Source: the human T2T-CHM13v2.0 reference genome, Homo sapiens. Taken from it: a stretch of 64,000 bases of DNA. The stretch is from assembly GCF_009914755.1 (NCBI RefSeq), contig NC_060937.1; one strand, given 5' to 3'. The position numbers were made by a program, and so were the translations under genes. A model generated the notes under the pieces. It was given only the letters and a program-made list of their open reading frames with translations. It ran no database searches and was not told where the DNA came from. The first letter of the stretch is position 1. Every line of letters starts with the position of its first letter. Below, in pieces: positions 1 through 13,145 of this stretch.

Positions 1-245
1 TGTGGAGCAACTGCCCTGCCTAAGAAGCTCCTGAAAACTAGGGATCCCCTCTCCAAAATATCACTTAAAACCCCAAATATACATTGTGTACATAGACGCT
101 GGAAACTTGCTGATTCACTGTAGCCCTTAATAGATCCTCGGTCAAGAATAGTGGCATTAACATTTTAGGATATTTTCACTTTTCCTAAGGATCTAGAGCA
201 TAATGGGAGATTTCAGAGGTCACTGACCAATATTTATTAAACAAG

Positions 246-707
246 TCATTGATCCAAAGCATGTGAATAGGCAAAGAAAATTTTCATGGAACTGTCAAAC
301 ACATATTCCTTCTTATGTATTGTGTGTGGGAGAAGCTCTGAAAACCCTGCTCTTTTATCCATAGCTCCTGAAAGGAATGAGAAGTTCTTTCCATTCCCCA
401 GTATCTGAAAATTCCATGCAAACAATAACTTTAGAATCGTCACAGGCAAAAGAATTGTAACGATTAAGGAAGGAGGCAGAGACAAAAAGTAGTGCGAAGT
501 GGTGCTGAGGGGAGTGGAGACAGTGTCTGAAAATTGGAGTCTCCACAGAACTGCTGCATCATTCAGTGTCAGAAGATGCCTAGAATTGTTGTCATATTTT
601 GAGATTTTTTTGTCTTTTCTCAGCCTAAAACTAAGTATTAACCGGCTTTGAACTGGCACTGCAAGGACCAGTGCTCCGGTGATTAAGGACCAGAATGAAT
701 TACCCAT
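246..707 (-). other. Orphan ORF, 153 aa from ATG (187 codons from a TTG at 809); coding status unproven
   Basis: Longest stop-free frame in the ORF track, in non-repeat DNA. ATG context AAGATGG. No recognisable homology. Confidence 0.15.
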
Positions 708-1537
708 CTTTAGTCTTTGATCTAAAACAACTGACCTGGCAAAGATACTGCCTAATTGTCTGGGACCGCCAATGGGGAGGGAAAGAGGAACTGCAAGTCC
801 GTTCAGCAAATGAGATTGTCTTCATTGTCCATTTTGTAAGCCTGTAGACGTAGACTACAAGAATGAAGATATCTTCCTCATTATTGAATTTTATACCCTG
901 GATTTCTCAGGAATCTATATTGACCTGAATTCACTCTCAAACCAGAAACAGATAGTAGAATTAACTCTAAGACAGAAGCTTAAATTTCCAGTAATACAGA
1001 TAAGAGACTAAACATTTTTGTAGAAAGTGCCCAAGTGTATCTCTGTATTATATCTCCATGTTGTAAATGAGCTGTGGCTCTGAGTCAGACCGGTTCTGCG
1101 TGCTATCAGCCTCTATGGTACACATACAACACACCATCAGAAGATAAAGGTTCATTGATCTTTTGCAGTACACTAGTTTGAAACCGCAAGTGTTTTGATG
1201 AAGATAGTAAAAATCCACATGGAGAAGACTTAGCCCAGCACTCACATGTTTGTGATACTTTCAGTAGAGAAGACATTGCTCTTTCTTCTATTTACCCATA
1301 TGACTTTGCTTACAGCCATTGCTTATCAGTGTGTGTGTGTTTACAGTATGTTACACCATTTTCACATTTACACACACATACGTACACGTACACAAATGAG
1401 GCATCAGGATCCAACTCTTGAGAAATAAAAAAATTCTGTATATATTGTAAATACATTATATACTGTATTTTCCTACTTTTAAAATTTATAGTGCATCTTG
1501 GAGAGCTTTCATAACATATAAACTACACTGTCTTTTT

Positions 1538-2380
1538 AGACAAAAGATAGCAAATACTGGTGAGAATGTGAAGGAAAAAGAACTCTCATACACTGTTGGT
1601 GGGAATGCAAACTAGTACAGCCGCAATGGACAACAGTATGGAGGCGCCTCAAAAAACTGTAAATAGCACCACGGTATGATCCACCCATACCGCTGCTGGG
1701 CAATTATCCAAAGGAAACGAAATCAGCATATCAAAGAGATCTCTGCACCCCCCATGTGTATTGCAGCACTATTCACAATAGCCAACATATGGAACCAACC
1801 TAGATGTCTAACAACAGAGGAATGGATAAAGAAATGTGGATGTGTACACAATGGAATGCTATTCACTCATAAAAAAGAATGAAATCTTGTCATTTGCAAC
1901 AACATGGATGGAACTGGAGGACACTAAGTTCAATAGGTCAGAAAGTTAAACACGGCATGTTCTCATTTGTAAGAGGAACCAAAGAAAGTTGATCTCATAG
2001 AAGTAAAAAGCAGAACAGAGGATACTAGAGGCTGGGAAGGGTGGAGGAAAAGAGGGATAGAGAGAGATTTGTTAAAGGAGACAAAATTACAGCCAGATAG
2101 GAGGAATAATTGGAGTCATAAATGCTAGTGTCACCTGGCACTGTAGGATGAATATAGCTCATGATAATATTTTGTTTCAAACAGCTAGCTAGTTTGGAGC
2201 TAGCTAGGAGGATAGCTAATGTTCCCAACACAAAGAAACAATAAATATTTATGGTGATGGAGATGCTAATTACCCTGATCTGATCACTATACGTTATACG
2301 TATCAAAACACCACTAGGTACCTCATAAATGTGTACAATTATTGTATGTCAATTTTAGAAATAAAGTAAAAAAGAAGAAA
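1538..2380 (+). mobile_element. L1MA-type LINE-1 3' end (ORF2 C-terminus + 3'UTR), 5'-truncated
   Basis: Hallmark L1 motifs CACTGTTGGTGGGAATG, TGCAGCACTATTCACAATAGCCAA and CAACATGGATGGAACTGGAGG. ORF 1676-1882 reads as the ORF2 C-terminus (PMCIAALFTIANIWNQPRC). A-rich tail. Confidence 0.9.
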
Positions 2381-2589
2381 ATAAGCTGTCTTTAAAAATC
2401 AATCATATAAAGCATAAGCATTGTAATGTTTAAATCAAACAGTATAAAAGGGAAAACAATGAAAACTGTGTCCCTCTAATCCCAAATCTCTAGTCTCTCA
2501 GTCTCTTTGCCCAGAGGCGGACATTATGAAAGTTGTTCAATAGAAAAAAATAGAAATAAATATAATAGAAAAAGAAATGAAGAGAGAAG

Positions 2590-2800
2590 ACTAAAGATGG
2601 CTGCAGATTATTTGCTAACCCTCCATGCACAAGTGGAGTATATTTCCTCATCTCTTGAATCTGGGCTGGCCCTGAAACTGCTTTAACCAACAGAATATGG
2701 CAGAAGCACAACAGTCCCTTTCTGGGCTGAGGACTTTAGGGGGACAAGCTGCTTCCTCTTCTTGGAAATCAGATGCCATGTAAGACAGACTGACGTGCTG
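2590..2800 (+). mobile_element. MLT1 (MaLR) LTR 5' fragment, MLT1F-H-like
   Basis: AAGATGGCTGC...CTTGAATCTGGGCTGGCC...TGCTTTAACCAACAGAATATGGCAGAAG resembles the MLT1 consensus. Confidence 0.6.
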
Positions 2801-4063
2801 TGGAAATAATACCCATCATGCTACACACCAAGTAAGTGTTTAGGAATGGCTGGATTATCCACACCCTTGTCAATAAAGTGTTTTATGCACTCTAATTTGG
2901 TTAATATATTTTTAACTCTGACTAGCTTAAAAGGATCTTTTTGCTGCTTTGACAGTTTTGTATATGAGTGTGTGTGTTTTTCTCTCTGACTGTAAACTTG
3001 TTTTACCTTTCATATGGTTAATCCTTTTATTGAATTATAATGCTTTTACACAATAAAAAAAAAATAATTCATTTTATGCTATGAATATTTATATAATCAA
3101 ACTTCTCTAACTTTCTTTTATGGTCGTAGTTAACATGACTTTTCCACTATAATATTAGCTCTTTTATACATTTTGCTTTAGCTATTTTATAATTTCATTT
3201 CTTGCATTCAGTATTTAAGAGAGTTCTAATTTGTGTTGCTGTACAAGTAATGTTGATATCTAGTTTTATCCTTTTCCAGGTTGCTATCTTCCCCTAATTA
3301 TTTAAATGCAAATTTCATATACTAACTTCTCATGTCTATTTGGATTTTTTCTTCTTTTTTTTATTCATTCACAAATTCACTGCTGTTATTTATTTTTAAT
3401 TTGTTAATTTTCAAATATGAAATAACAAACGTATTTAACACCTGGAGATGTCACTAATACATTTGAATTTAAAATTTCAAAAAAAGTTTCTAGCAGGGTT
3501 CATACAAATTCCAAATGGACATTAACTCATCATATTATAAAATTAGCTTCAAAACTATAGAGAACTTTTTAAAAACAAGTTCACATTTCTTGAAGCGCAA
3601 AAAAAGAAATGGCTATTGTCACTTAATGCTTGTTAACACAGAAACACAATGGTATGTTTTGCCATTTTTTGTAGAAAATCATGTGAATTAGCAAAATTAA
3701 TTATAAATCCTCCATATATGGGTCAAGCAAAATGAAAGTTTAATTTATTTGAATAGGCATGGGTCAATTTGCTCTGGAAAGATAAAATTAGCCAGTGAAA
3801 TAAAACATTCCTTAAAATCACTGGGAAAGCCCTAATCACAGTTGCATTACAGTTCCAGTTTCTTCTGCATTATATCATCATTCATTTTAAGATGGATGTT
3901 CCTCTTTTCTTCCATGAATAGCGAGTTTAGTTAATAAAGATAGGAAAGTAGCTTATGTATCTTTGAATCTCCTCTGTGCCAATCACAGAGCACTGAATAT
4001 AATGTATGTATGTGTATGTGTGCTACATAAATGCCAGATCAATTATATGAATGCATGAATTCA

Positions 4064-4179
4064 ATATACATATCTATATATCTATATATCTAGATATATA
4101 TATATATATCTATATATCTAGATATATATATATATATCTATATATCTAGATATATATATATATCTAGATATATAGATAT
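4064..4179. repeat. Compound (TA)n repeat with embedded TCTAGA palindromes, at the tail of a reverse Alu
   Basis: TCTAGA at 4089, 4117, 4145 and 4163 within TA runs. Confidence 0.95.
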
Positions 4180-4481
4180 GGAGACAGGATCTCAATATTG
4201 AGACAAGGTCTCGTTCTGTCTTGCAGGCTGGAGTTCAGTGGCACAATCTCATCTCACTGCAACCTCTGCTGCCTGGGTTCAGGCTATTCTCGTGCCTCAG
4301 CCTCTGAGTAGCTGGGATTACAGGTGTGCACCACCACACCTGGCTAATTTTTGCATTTTTAGTAGAGATGGGGTTTCACCATGTTGTCCAGGCTGGTCTA
4401 AAACTCCTGATCTCAGGTGATCCGCTCGCCTTGGCCTCCTGAAGTATTGGGATTACAGGCATGAGCCATTGCACACTGCCC
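4180..4481 (-). mobile_element. AluS
   Basis: Reverse-complement dimeric Alu (TTTTTAGTAGAGATGGGGTTTCACCATGTTG, GGATTACAGGCATGAGCC). Confidence 0.95.
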
Positions 4482-6722
4482 AATGTCATGTATTTTTATG
4501 TAAAACTTCATTAATCTTCCAAAGTCAAAGACAAAGGATGTTCTAAAAAAGTAAACTTTTAATATGAATGTTCCAAAATATTTTGAAATGTAATAGTGAT
4601 TTGGGAATTCATTAATCAGTCATGTAACTAATATATTAAACATGTCTTTGAATTAATTGATTCATTAAAGATGTGTTCATAAACTATTTACACCCATGCC
4701 CTCTACTAGACTATGGAAAACACAAGGTAAGAGGTCAGTCACAGAGGCTGGAAGGGAAGACACTGAGTAAAGTCTTTACAACAAAACAGGAGCAGAGCCA
4801 TAAGCACAGAGGGACAGAGGAAGGAGCAAGGGTACACACAAAGGACACCCAACAGAGCTGATTCTTGAAATAAAGAGAGACGCATACTCCAGCCAGAGGG
4901 AACCACGGCTAAATAGTACTGTCGATAAGCTGAACAAAACAAATAAAAATCATTGTTGGCTAGGGAATCTGTCTACAGATTTAGGATTAATAACTATGTG
5001 TTTTATGTTCCACTGAGAAAACTTCACATACATATGTTTTTCTCCTTTTATTTTTATCCTGGCAAAGAATAAGTTCAGAGACTTCCAGTTCAAGTTCAGT
5101 GCCACCCTGTATACAAAAGAGAAGCTCTGCCTTGCTATTCAGTCGTGTGAGACATGAAATTCCTACTGAAAAGAGCAGGAAAAGACTTCTTTAAAAGGCA
5201 GTACCACTTTATTTTACAAGGTAAAAAATAACCACGTAATAGCACTATGAACACATGGTTGTTGACAATGTAAGTGCCATGTAACCATAGAGTAATTATC
5301 CAGTTCTCTCCTTCTTTAAAACAAAGACCAAGCTGAAAATCTAAGAGCTGCAAAGTGCATGATGATTATTCCGTTCATTACTTGGTAACTGGAAGTATAA
5401 TTATCAAGTAATCTGCATGAACATAATTACGTATTTACATAGTCTTTGCCATGTAATTACAGAGGAGTTCAGTGATTACACAGTACACTCCTTGAAAAAG
5501 AAAGTGATACCAAAAAACAACAAAAAAAATTCTATGTGAAGTAGTCATCTCAAACAGAAAAAATTAAACATGAGGATGATTTATCTTAGAAAAGTCCTAA
5601 ATCATAATGTTAAGTGCAAACAATAAAAATTACATCAATTTCCAATCACGAAAACCAATCACAGTCCTTTTTATTTTTTTTGAATTATGGAAGCCTGCTG
5701 GGACAGTGAAACCATTTCATTCTTTAAATGCTCAGGGAAAAAATGGAGAGTTGGCTTCCTCATTTCAAAATGAAGGGGTTTTAAAAATATATTTATTAGT
5801 CTAATCATCTCTGGCTCAGTCTTCTTTCACCCACTATTAAAATCACATGTCTCTTTTATATTCTAAGATGTTTAATTAGTAGGTAAAGAAAAATGAGAGG
5901 GAATAAAGAGCAGTTATTGATCACTTAACAAAGTTCTGAGGCTTTCTTTCTATATCAAAAAGTATTTTAAGTCCTTAATCTTTTAAATCTTTAATATGAA
6001 TGGTTTATGAAACGATGTTCTGAAATGTTTAAGTATTTTTGTTGACTACATCCTTATTACTAACATCTTTCTATTAACTGATCATTGACTCTTGCTCCCT
6101 GTTTGCAATGATTTGGGTCACAATGATTGGGTGACGTATTCTGCACAGTGGAGATTATTATTTTAGAAAGCCATTATCTAAAAGTATTTGCATAAAACAA
6201 CAATTCATACAGAAATGAATTAAAAGTGACTCTTGCATATATACCATTGATGGTTAATAAACTGTAAGCTGAAAAGTAGATACATAAAAGAAACAATTGA
6301 GAGGTGTCTATTTCACATTAGTCACTATCCTCTAAATGGAGATATTCTTCCAGTACGTGCTAACTCCTGTTTGTGTCTAACAAGCTTGGCAAGTTGACTC
6401 TCAGTTCTCTAAATGCTATTTAACATGTTCACATAGTAATTTACTGCCATTTTTCATAGTTAAAGCAACATCTAAAGGTTGGTGACTAGCAATAAAAAAG
6501 TAATCAAATAAGAAACAATCAGAATGTAAGGCTTTTGAGAATCTTCATTGCAGATTAGCATATAAAACATAACGGTAGCCATTCTCAATAAAGACATTAC
6601 AAATTAGTTTTAGTATTTCTTGTGAAAAAATATCACAATGTCTTTAAAGAATCCCTACTCCTAAATTTTAAAAAAGTAACACATATTCAACGTCTAATCC
6701 CCATCTTTCTTTAAAAAGTTTG

Positions 6723-6872
6723 GGCCAGGCATGGTGGCTCATGCCTGTAATCACAGCACTTTGGGAGGCCTAGGTGGGCAGATTGGTTGAGCCCAGGATT
6801 TCAAGACTAGCCTGGGCAACATAACGAGACCTTGTCTCTACTAAAAATCCAAATAAGCAAGTGAAATAAAAA
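6723..6872 (+). mobile_element. Alu left monomer (FLAM_C/AluJ-like)
   Basis: GGCCAGGCATGGTGGCTCATGCCTGTAATC...GAGCCCAGG...TCTCTACTAAAAAT, with no right arm. Confidence 0.85.
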
Positions 6873-6982
6873 AGTAAAATGTTTGATTCTTTTATAGGGA
6901 TGTCATCCTCTTCCTTCATCACAGGTCACAGTAAGAGTAACCAGAGCAAAGAAAACCTCCAAAAAAGTAGCAAGGTGTCTCC

Positions 6983-7425
6983 TGTTAAAGTGAACTAAAT
7001 ATGGCCTGAGAAACACTCCATACTTGTTTATTTGAGTCCTCGTGGAGGAACAGTAACCTAGCTTAGTATGCAGACAAGATTGAAAACCTAACTTAGTAGT
7101 ATGCACCTGTAACAATAGCTGACTGAGTGTTGGCCAATCCCAGAGGCCATACTTCAGCCACTCATAGACTGCTGAGTGTTCAAACTGTGTTCAAATAAGG
7201 CAAATGCTGAGCTAGAATCAATCCCACTGTTTCTGTACCTCACTTCCAATTTCTGTATGTCAAATCCTTTTTTGTGTCTATAAATTTGTTCTGACCATGA
7301 GGCACCTCTGGAGTCGCTCTGAATCTCCTGATTCTGGAGGCTGCCCTATTAGCGAATCATTTCTTCTCTTTTCTTTCTCACTTAAACTCCATTAAATTTA
7401 ACTTGTCTGAAGTTTTCTTTTAACA
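6983..7425 (+). mobile_element. MER57B-like solo LTR (ERV1)
   Basis: TGTTAAAG...TTTAACA termini. CTAAATATGGCCTGAGAA, GACAAGATTGAAAACCTAACTTAG, GGCCAATCCCAG and TTCAAATAAGGCAAA match MER57. Confidence 0.85.
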
Positions 7426-9088
7426 CCCCTAACCCCTCTACTGTCTACTCCCTGATTCAGAGACCCAGCTATTCTACCAGCAAAGGAAAACAAGAACACT
7501 GCCACCCTCAAACCCTGGCAAAAGCGGACTCCAGCCCTGGGCCTTGCATGTCACAAACACATACACCAAGATTACTTCTACAGGGACACACGTGGGCTGC
7601 TCCTTACCAGAGATTTGCCCCATGAGTCGCACCATTCCAGCTCCCTGGAGACTCTTTTCCACACCTCTCGCCTGTGTTTTTGAAGCAGGTGTGAGTTTTG
7701 TTTGAATGTCCTGGTGGCTTGTGAGGTATGCCTCTGCTTGCATCCAAGAAGGACAAAGTGTGGAGGTGCAGGGAGAAATTAGCCAGCAGAAGCACTTAGG
7801 AAAATGAAGAACAAGTTAATAACACATGAATTTCTTCCTCTGCAATGGCATGTGAATGCAATAGACTGTGGTCCATTGTATTGTATTGATGAAGTGCTGC
7901 GTTCTGATGGGGACAGGCATCCATTTTCTTGTTCATCATTGATTTGATCCACCTGAACATGGTAGCTGAGGAATTCTCATGTCATGGAACAATTTAAGTT
8001 ACACTGGAATATGTGTGTTGAATTTCAGTGTAGATTTTTGAAAAAAAGCAAATGTAAGTTTTTCAAAGATCAAAATTTTAGTGTTTAGTTTTATCTAAAT
8101 GTATTTTAAATGTTCGTAATCATCACTTATAATTTATACTTCATATTTAGTTTAATGGGCAATTTTGAATTTTTAGAAAAAAACTTTAAAAATCAAAATA
8201 ACTGAAACTTTCATTTCGTAATACTTTATATTTTAATCAAAATCTATCCAGATTTTGAACATTCTGAATACAGTCACTTTTTTTATCTTTCAATCACTAC
8301 TCTTAAAAGAACAAAAGTCTTGTGAAGGTCTGTATTATAAAAACAAAGTGATTTTGCTTAATTGAAGATGCACAAAACTTATGAGTACATAATAAAAGTA
8401 TAAAGTGTGTGTGTCATCATTTTACACTCTTCAAACATCACTGGTCTCTCAGTGGAACGGAAGTTCAGTCACATTTTGCCAGCATTCAGTTGTATAAAAA
8501 CCACAACTTTGGACACACTTTTCAATTTTGACATTCTAAGGATATATTTTCAAGAAAAGAGAATAAAACATCTTTTATTTAGCATTTTAAGTCTGTCTCC
8601 TAACTTTTAAAAATTTAAGCATATGGCATCCAGACTTACATTTTTTTTGTCTCTCTCTGAGACCCCAAAATATTCAGAGCTCTGCAGATCTCTTTCTCTG
8701 CAACACAGGATGTTTCTGACCCCAGTACTGCCCCTTCAATGCCGTCACCACCACAGTTGTTGCCTTCCTATCCTAACTCACCAGTGCTGCCCATGTTTAT
8801 TTATATTCCTCCTAAAAGTGTCTTGAAAAATAATGTGCCCTCTGACACATTCTAAGTAAACATCTAAAATTATTTTTATTATAATTATAATTGTTACAAA
8901 GTATGATTGCTGGTGTTTTGTATGGGTGTATTAAACATACTTCCATTGAAAACATACAGCTTTGTATGTATATCATCCAACTTGTTTTAAATATTCACAG
9001 TAATTTTGAATTGGAGAATCTAGTCTTCATAGTAATACCAATCACCTAAATTAGACCTACCATCTATCTAATGAAAATCTGATTTTGT

Positions 9089-9387
9089 GGCCAGGTGCGG
9101 TGGCTCACACCTGTAATCCCAGCACTCTGGGAGGCGAAGGTGAGTGGTTTGCTTGAGCCCAGGAGTTCAATACCAGCCTGGGCAAAGTGATGAAATCCTG
9201 TCTCTACAAAAAATTACCAAAAAAATTAGCAGGGCATGGTGGTGCACAGCTGTGGTCCTAGCTGCTTGGGAACCTGAGTGGGAGGATCGCTTAAGCCTGG
9301 GGAGGTTGAGGCTGCAATGAGCCGTGATCATGCTACTGCACTCCAGCCTGGGTGACAGAGTGAGATTCTATCTCAAAAAAAAAAAAA
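9089..9387 (+). mobile_element. AluJ
   Basis: Full dimer with poly-A. TSD-like AAAATCTGATTTT / AAAATCTGGCTTT. Confidence 0.95.
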
Positions 9388-9460
9388 TCTGGCTTTACAT
9401 TTCAATTTAAATAAATTAATACCTTCATAATAATGCTCTATGTTTTCAATTTTAATTTTG

Positions 9461-9479
9461 AGATGATAGAAAGATAGAT

Positions 9480-9525
<46 letters not shown>

Positions 9526-9526
9526 C
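9461..9526. repeat. (GATA)n tetranucleotide STR
   Basis: About 11 uninterrupted GATA units plus degenerate 5' units. Confidence 0.97.
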
Positions 9527-10319
9527 TTGCCAAGAGGTTTTGACATGGATAAATTAATGTCCTGCCCTCTTAGCCATCTCTTCCCAAAGTTGTCTTTGCT
9601 TTGCTCTCAGGGAACTCCTCCTTAAGGGCTATGTACTCTCCAGTCATCCCCATGTTTGGCATTCCCAGGTTGATTTGGGTTTGGGGTTGTTTCTTTGTTG
9701 ACATTGTTAACATATTCAGACAGCACAGCACTAACATCTTGGTTTCCTGGTTTTGTGGAACAGGGGTGAGTGTGAAGGGAGAAGAGAGAAAGGCAAACGA
9801 CAGGAGCAGTTTCTAGGTAGATCCATTTTTAGAAAAGATTATCAGGAAAGTTAAAGCTCAGGAAACTGCTTTCCATAAACTTCCCACGTTTCCTTAAAAT
9901 CACCTAGGCTATCATAGGAACTATCTATGCCCTTTTGCCCCAGAGGTATACACCCTCAGCTTGATCTAGAATCATGCACCTTCCAGAAAAGCCTGGGCAG
10001 GAAATTAGACGTGAATTAGAAGTGGTTCATTGCATCATACAAACTGTACCAAGTAATATTCTATAGAAGTGAGGGGAGATAGGAAGAATGTTGGTATCAA
10101 TGCATGCTAGGGGTACTTCAATGGTTAATAATATTTGGAAACAAGCTATGGGGAAAGAAAGTATTGTACTCGTGGCATATAGGAACATAAATAAAGACCT
10201 GTGTGTTAGAAAGCCACACCACGAAGATCTAAGGATGAAGGGGATATGTTACAAAAATAGCTTCCATTCTTCATCTCCTCCCCATAACCATGCCTTTCGC
10301 CAAGTAATTCTTCAGTTCT

Positions 10320-10655
10320 TCCTATTCTGACTCTACGCTTGCCCATGACAGTTGCTTTGGCCAAACGTGTGAGGAATAAGCTCAGGCCAACCCACTGGCC
10401 CCAGGAGGAGGAAGAGAGATGAGGGCAACAGGCCCAGACCACTCAGTCAAGACCAGTTTACATCAACCAATATTCAGTCGGCTCCTAAACATGTGAAAAA
10501 GTGAAGCCGAAAATAGCAGGATCACTTGAATATCCCCCAGCAATAAATGTTTTTAGGTGTATGTCAGGCAGCAATAAATACACATCAATATACACCATTG
10601 ATATATCGCAGTTATTTGTTACACAGCATTATTGTGGCAATAGATAACTGATACA
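10320..10655 (+). mobile_element. MLT1 LTR 3' fragment
   Basis: Ends TTTGTTACACAGCATTATTGTGGCAATAGATAACTGATACA, a typical MLT1 3' terminus. Confidence 0.65.
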
Positions 10656-10899
10656 ATGAATAAACAGTAAAAAAACAAAGAGAAGGCCTATGGAAAATAC
10701 TAGAAAATAAAGCAAAAGGAGTATCATGCTTAAAACTCCCTTAGACAGCATTCTGGCAACGATGACCTACATGGTGAAATAGAAGAAAAATTTCAGGAAA
10801 CTCTTTAGCATTCTGGGTAGTATGCTTGAAGCCCGGGCCTGAAAAACACAGGGCAGAATATGTTATGGAGAGAACAAGGTGAAGCTAAAACAATGAGAT

Positions 10900-11880
10900 G
10901 AAGAGAAAAGAAAGGTAACTGAGAAAATAGAACATTGTAAGCCAATTAAGAGTGGCATCTGATCAAAAATCCATATAAGAGACAGTGAAGAGCAGAATTC
11001 ACAGTGAGGAAAATTCAATCTGTGGCATGGAAGACAAGCTTGAAAAGCTGCCCCAGAATGAAGAGGAAAATGTCAAAGAGATGGAAGTCATCAGAGAAAG
11101 AAAAATAGCCAAACAAAAGACATATAACAGGGATAATTAGTGTTTCAGAATCTTTTTTTTTTAAATAGAGTCTCACTCTGTCGCCCAGGCTGGAGTGCAG
11201 TGGCGTGATCTCAGCTCACTGCAACCTCCGCCTCCTGGGTTCAAGTGTTCAAGTGATTCTCCTGTCTCCGCTTCCCAAGTAGCTGGGGCTACAGCACCCA
11301 CCACCACACCCAGCTAATTTTTGCATTTTTAGGAGAGACGGGATTTCACCATGTTGGCCAGGCTACTCTCTAACTTCTGACCTCAGTTGATCCGCCCACC
11401 TTGGCCTCCCAAAATGCTGGGATTACAGGTGTGAGCCACCAGCCCCGGGCCAGAATTTTTTCTTAACGAAAAAGACAGGAAAATAAAAGCTATACAGGAA
11501 GAAAAATTCTTCGAGCTAAAAAAGGATTTGCAACCACAGGTTTAAAAATTCACTACATTTTAAGTAAAACAAAGAAAAATTTTATTATACCTAAGTACAT
11601 TCTGGCCAAAAAAAAAAAAAAAAGTGATGACAAAGAGGTAAAACAAGAATTTCTACAGGCATGTAGGCAGAGTTAGGGGTTGAAAGAATGCAACTGCAAA
11701 CAAATAACTATTAAAGTCCTTTTGGACTTCCCTATAAACACCTAAGACAATACCCAGAGTCCTCTGGGAAAGTTGTGATCCACCAACTTTTCACATGGCC
11801 AAGTTGTCTTTCGCTTATGAAATCAACAGAGAACTTTGAAAAGGCATCACGATGTGCCCTTTTATAATAATAAAATTGTC
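10900..11880 (+). mobile_element. Old L1/HAL1 ORF1 remnant interrupted by an Alu
   Basis: A-rich. Translates to an ORF1p coiled-coil-like stretch VKSRIHSEENSICGMEDKLEKLPQNEEENVKEMEVIRE. Confidence 0.6.
11152..11451 (-). mobile_element. AluS
   Basis: Reverse dimer from a poly-T through GGATTACAGGTGTGAGCCACC. Both flanks read CAGAAT. Confidence 0.95.
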
Positions 11881-11949
11881 TGTGAAACGCATAACACCAA
11901 AAACTCCCCAAAGAAGTAATTGAGGCTTAAAAGGGTCTAAGTGTCTACC

Positions 11950-12165
11950 CAGGATGGTGGTGAAAAGCACTGAGTTTAACTCTAGCAGCCTCGTTTCAAC
12001 TCCTGACATGTACAATAGCTGTGACTTTTAACAACTACAAACCTAGTTTCCCCTCTGTAAAATGAGAATAGTAGTCTCTACATCTAATTGTTGTAAAGCT
12101 CTTACGTATGGAAAACATTCACTATAGAGCCTATTGTATAGGACATACTCAGTAAATGTTTAACA
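11950..12165 (+). mobile_element. MIR
   Basis: TAGCTGTGAC...AGTTTCCCCTCTGTAAAATGAGAATA...CTCAGTAAATGTT. Confidence 0.7.
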
Positions 12166-12273
12166 ACAGTATTACTGGTGCCATATACGTGTAATATTTA
12201 AGGCTAAAATGAAGTAGAATGCCTTGCAAAGGAGCTACTGAAATTGAAGCCAATCTTATCCATGGTCTATGTA

Positions 12274-12337
12274 TTAGGTTGGTGCAAAAGTAATTATTTT
12301 AATGACAAAACCCGGAATTACTTTTGCACCAACCTAA
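12274..12337. mobile_element. MADE1 (Hsmar1-derived MITE), internally shortened
   Basis: TTAGGTTGGTGCAAAAGTAATT ... AATTACTTTTGCACCAACCTAA: perfect 22-bp inverted ends flanked by TA. Confidence 0.95.
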
Positions 12338-12599
12338 TATATATAGTCACCTTGAATAATATCTTTTTACTTCTGAAAACAGCACTTGAATGGTCCTCTC
12401 TCATATGAATATTATGTGCATGCATTTGTATAACATGTATACTTTGTGACTTATGTAAATATAGTTATAGGGTAAGGAATATGGTATAACAGACCTCTTA
12501 CTAACTAATCAAGGTATACATCAATTGGTGGCAAAACTAACCACTGAGGAAGAGGGGCATCCCACCGTGGAATGAACACAGGGCCAGCTCAACACTACT

Positions 12600-13145
12600 C
12601 TGATAAGTGAAGTTTGCGTGAGCTGTTTAGGTAGGTAAGGGTGGCCCCCATCATGATTCATTGGCAGAGAAAGGCAGCAAAAGTGCTGAAATAAATTTCC
12701 CAAGTTTATCGGCATTGGTGGCTCAGATTCCACAGTAGAGATAAGTGGTGAGTGGTTATCTTTGGGGCCACCTTGAGAGGTAGCACCTGGCCAGTGCCTG
12801 AACCAGCCATGGCTTCCCTGCAGTAACAAATGGGAGTCCTTTGGGGATGGGTCAGTGCCCCCAAAGAACACTGCATAAGAGATAAGCCATCCCTCACATC
12901 TGGAAACAAGAGTCACTGGTTCCTTTGGAAACCTCAGCAGGCGGAAGACATTTGGAGCTCAAGAGAATAACCAGGAAAAAGAGCCATGCAATCGTATGTG
13001 TCCACAGTTGATGAATCAAGTCAGACTGGTTAAAAGTGTTTGCCAAATTAATGAATAAATGATCAATGTCAGGAGAGTCCATGTCTCCCCATCATCCCCG
13101 GCTTTCCCAGAGGAGGACCATGGCTGGTTTTCTTAATCTGATAAA
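12600..13145. promoter_or_regulatory. Candidate enhancer: GATA cluster plus a FOXA/NFI motif
   Basis: WGATAA at 12601, 12739, 12756 (-), 12880 and 13139. TGTTTGCCAA at 13037. Confidence 0.3.

Noticed and set aside
12521-12916. 131-aa - strand ORF
   Set aside because: Non-ATG start, no recognisable domain; better explained by locally raised GC.
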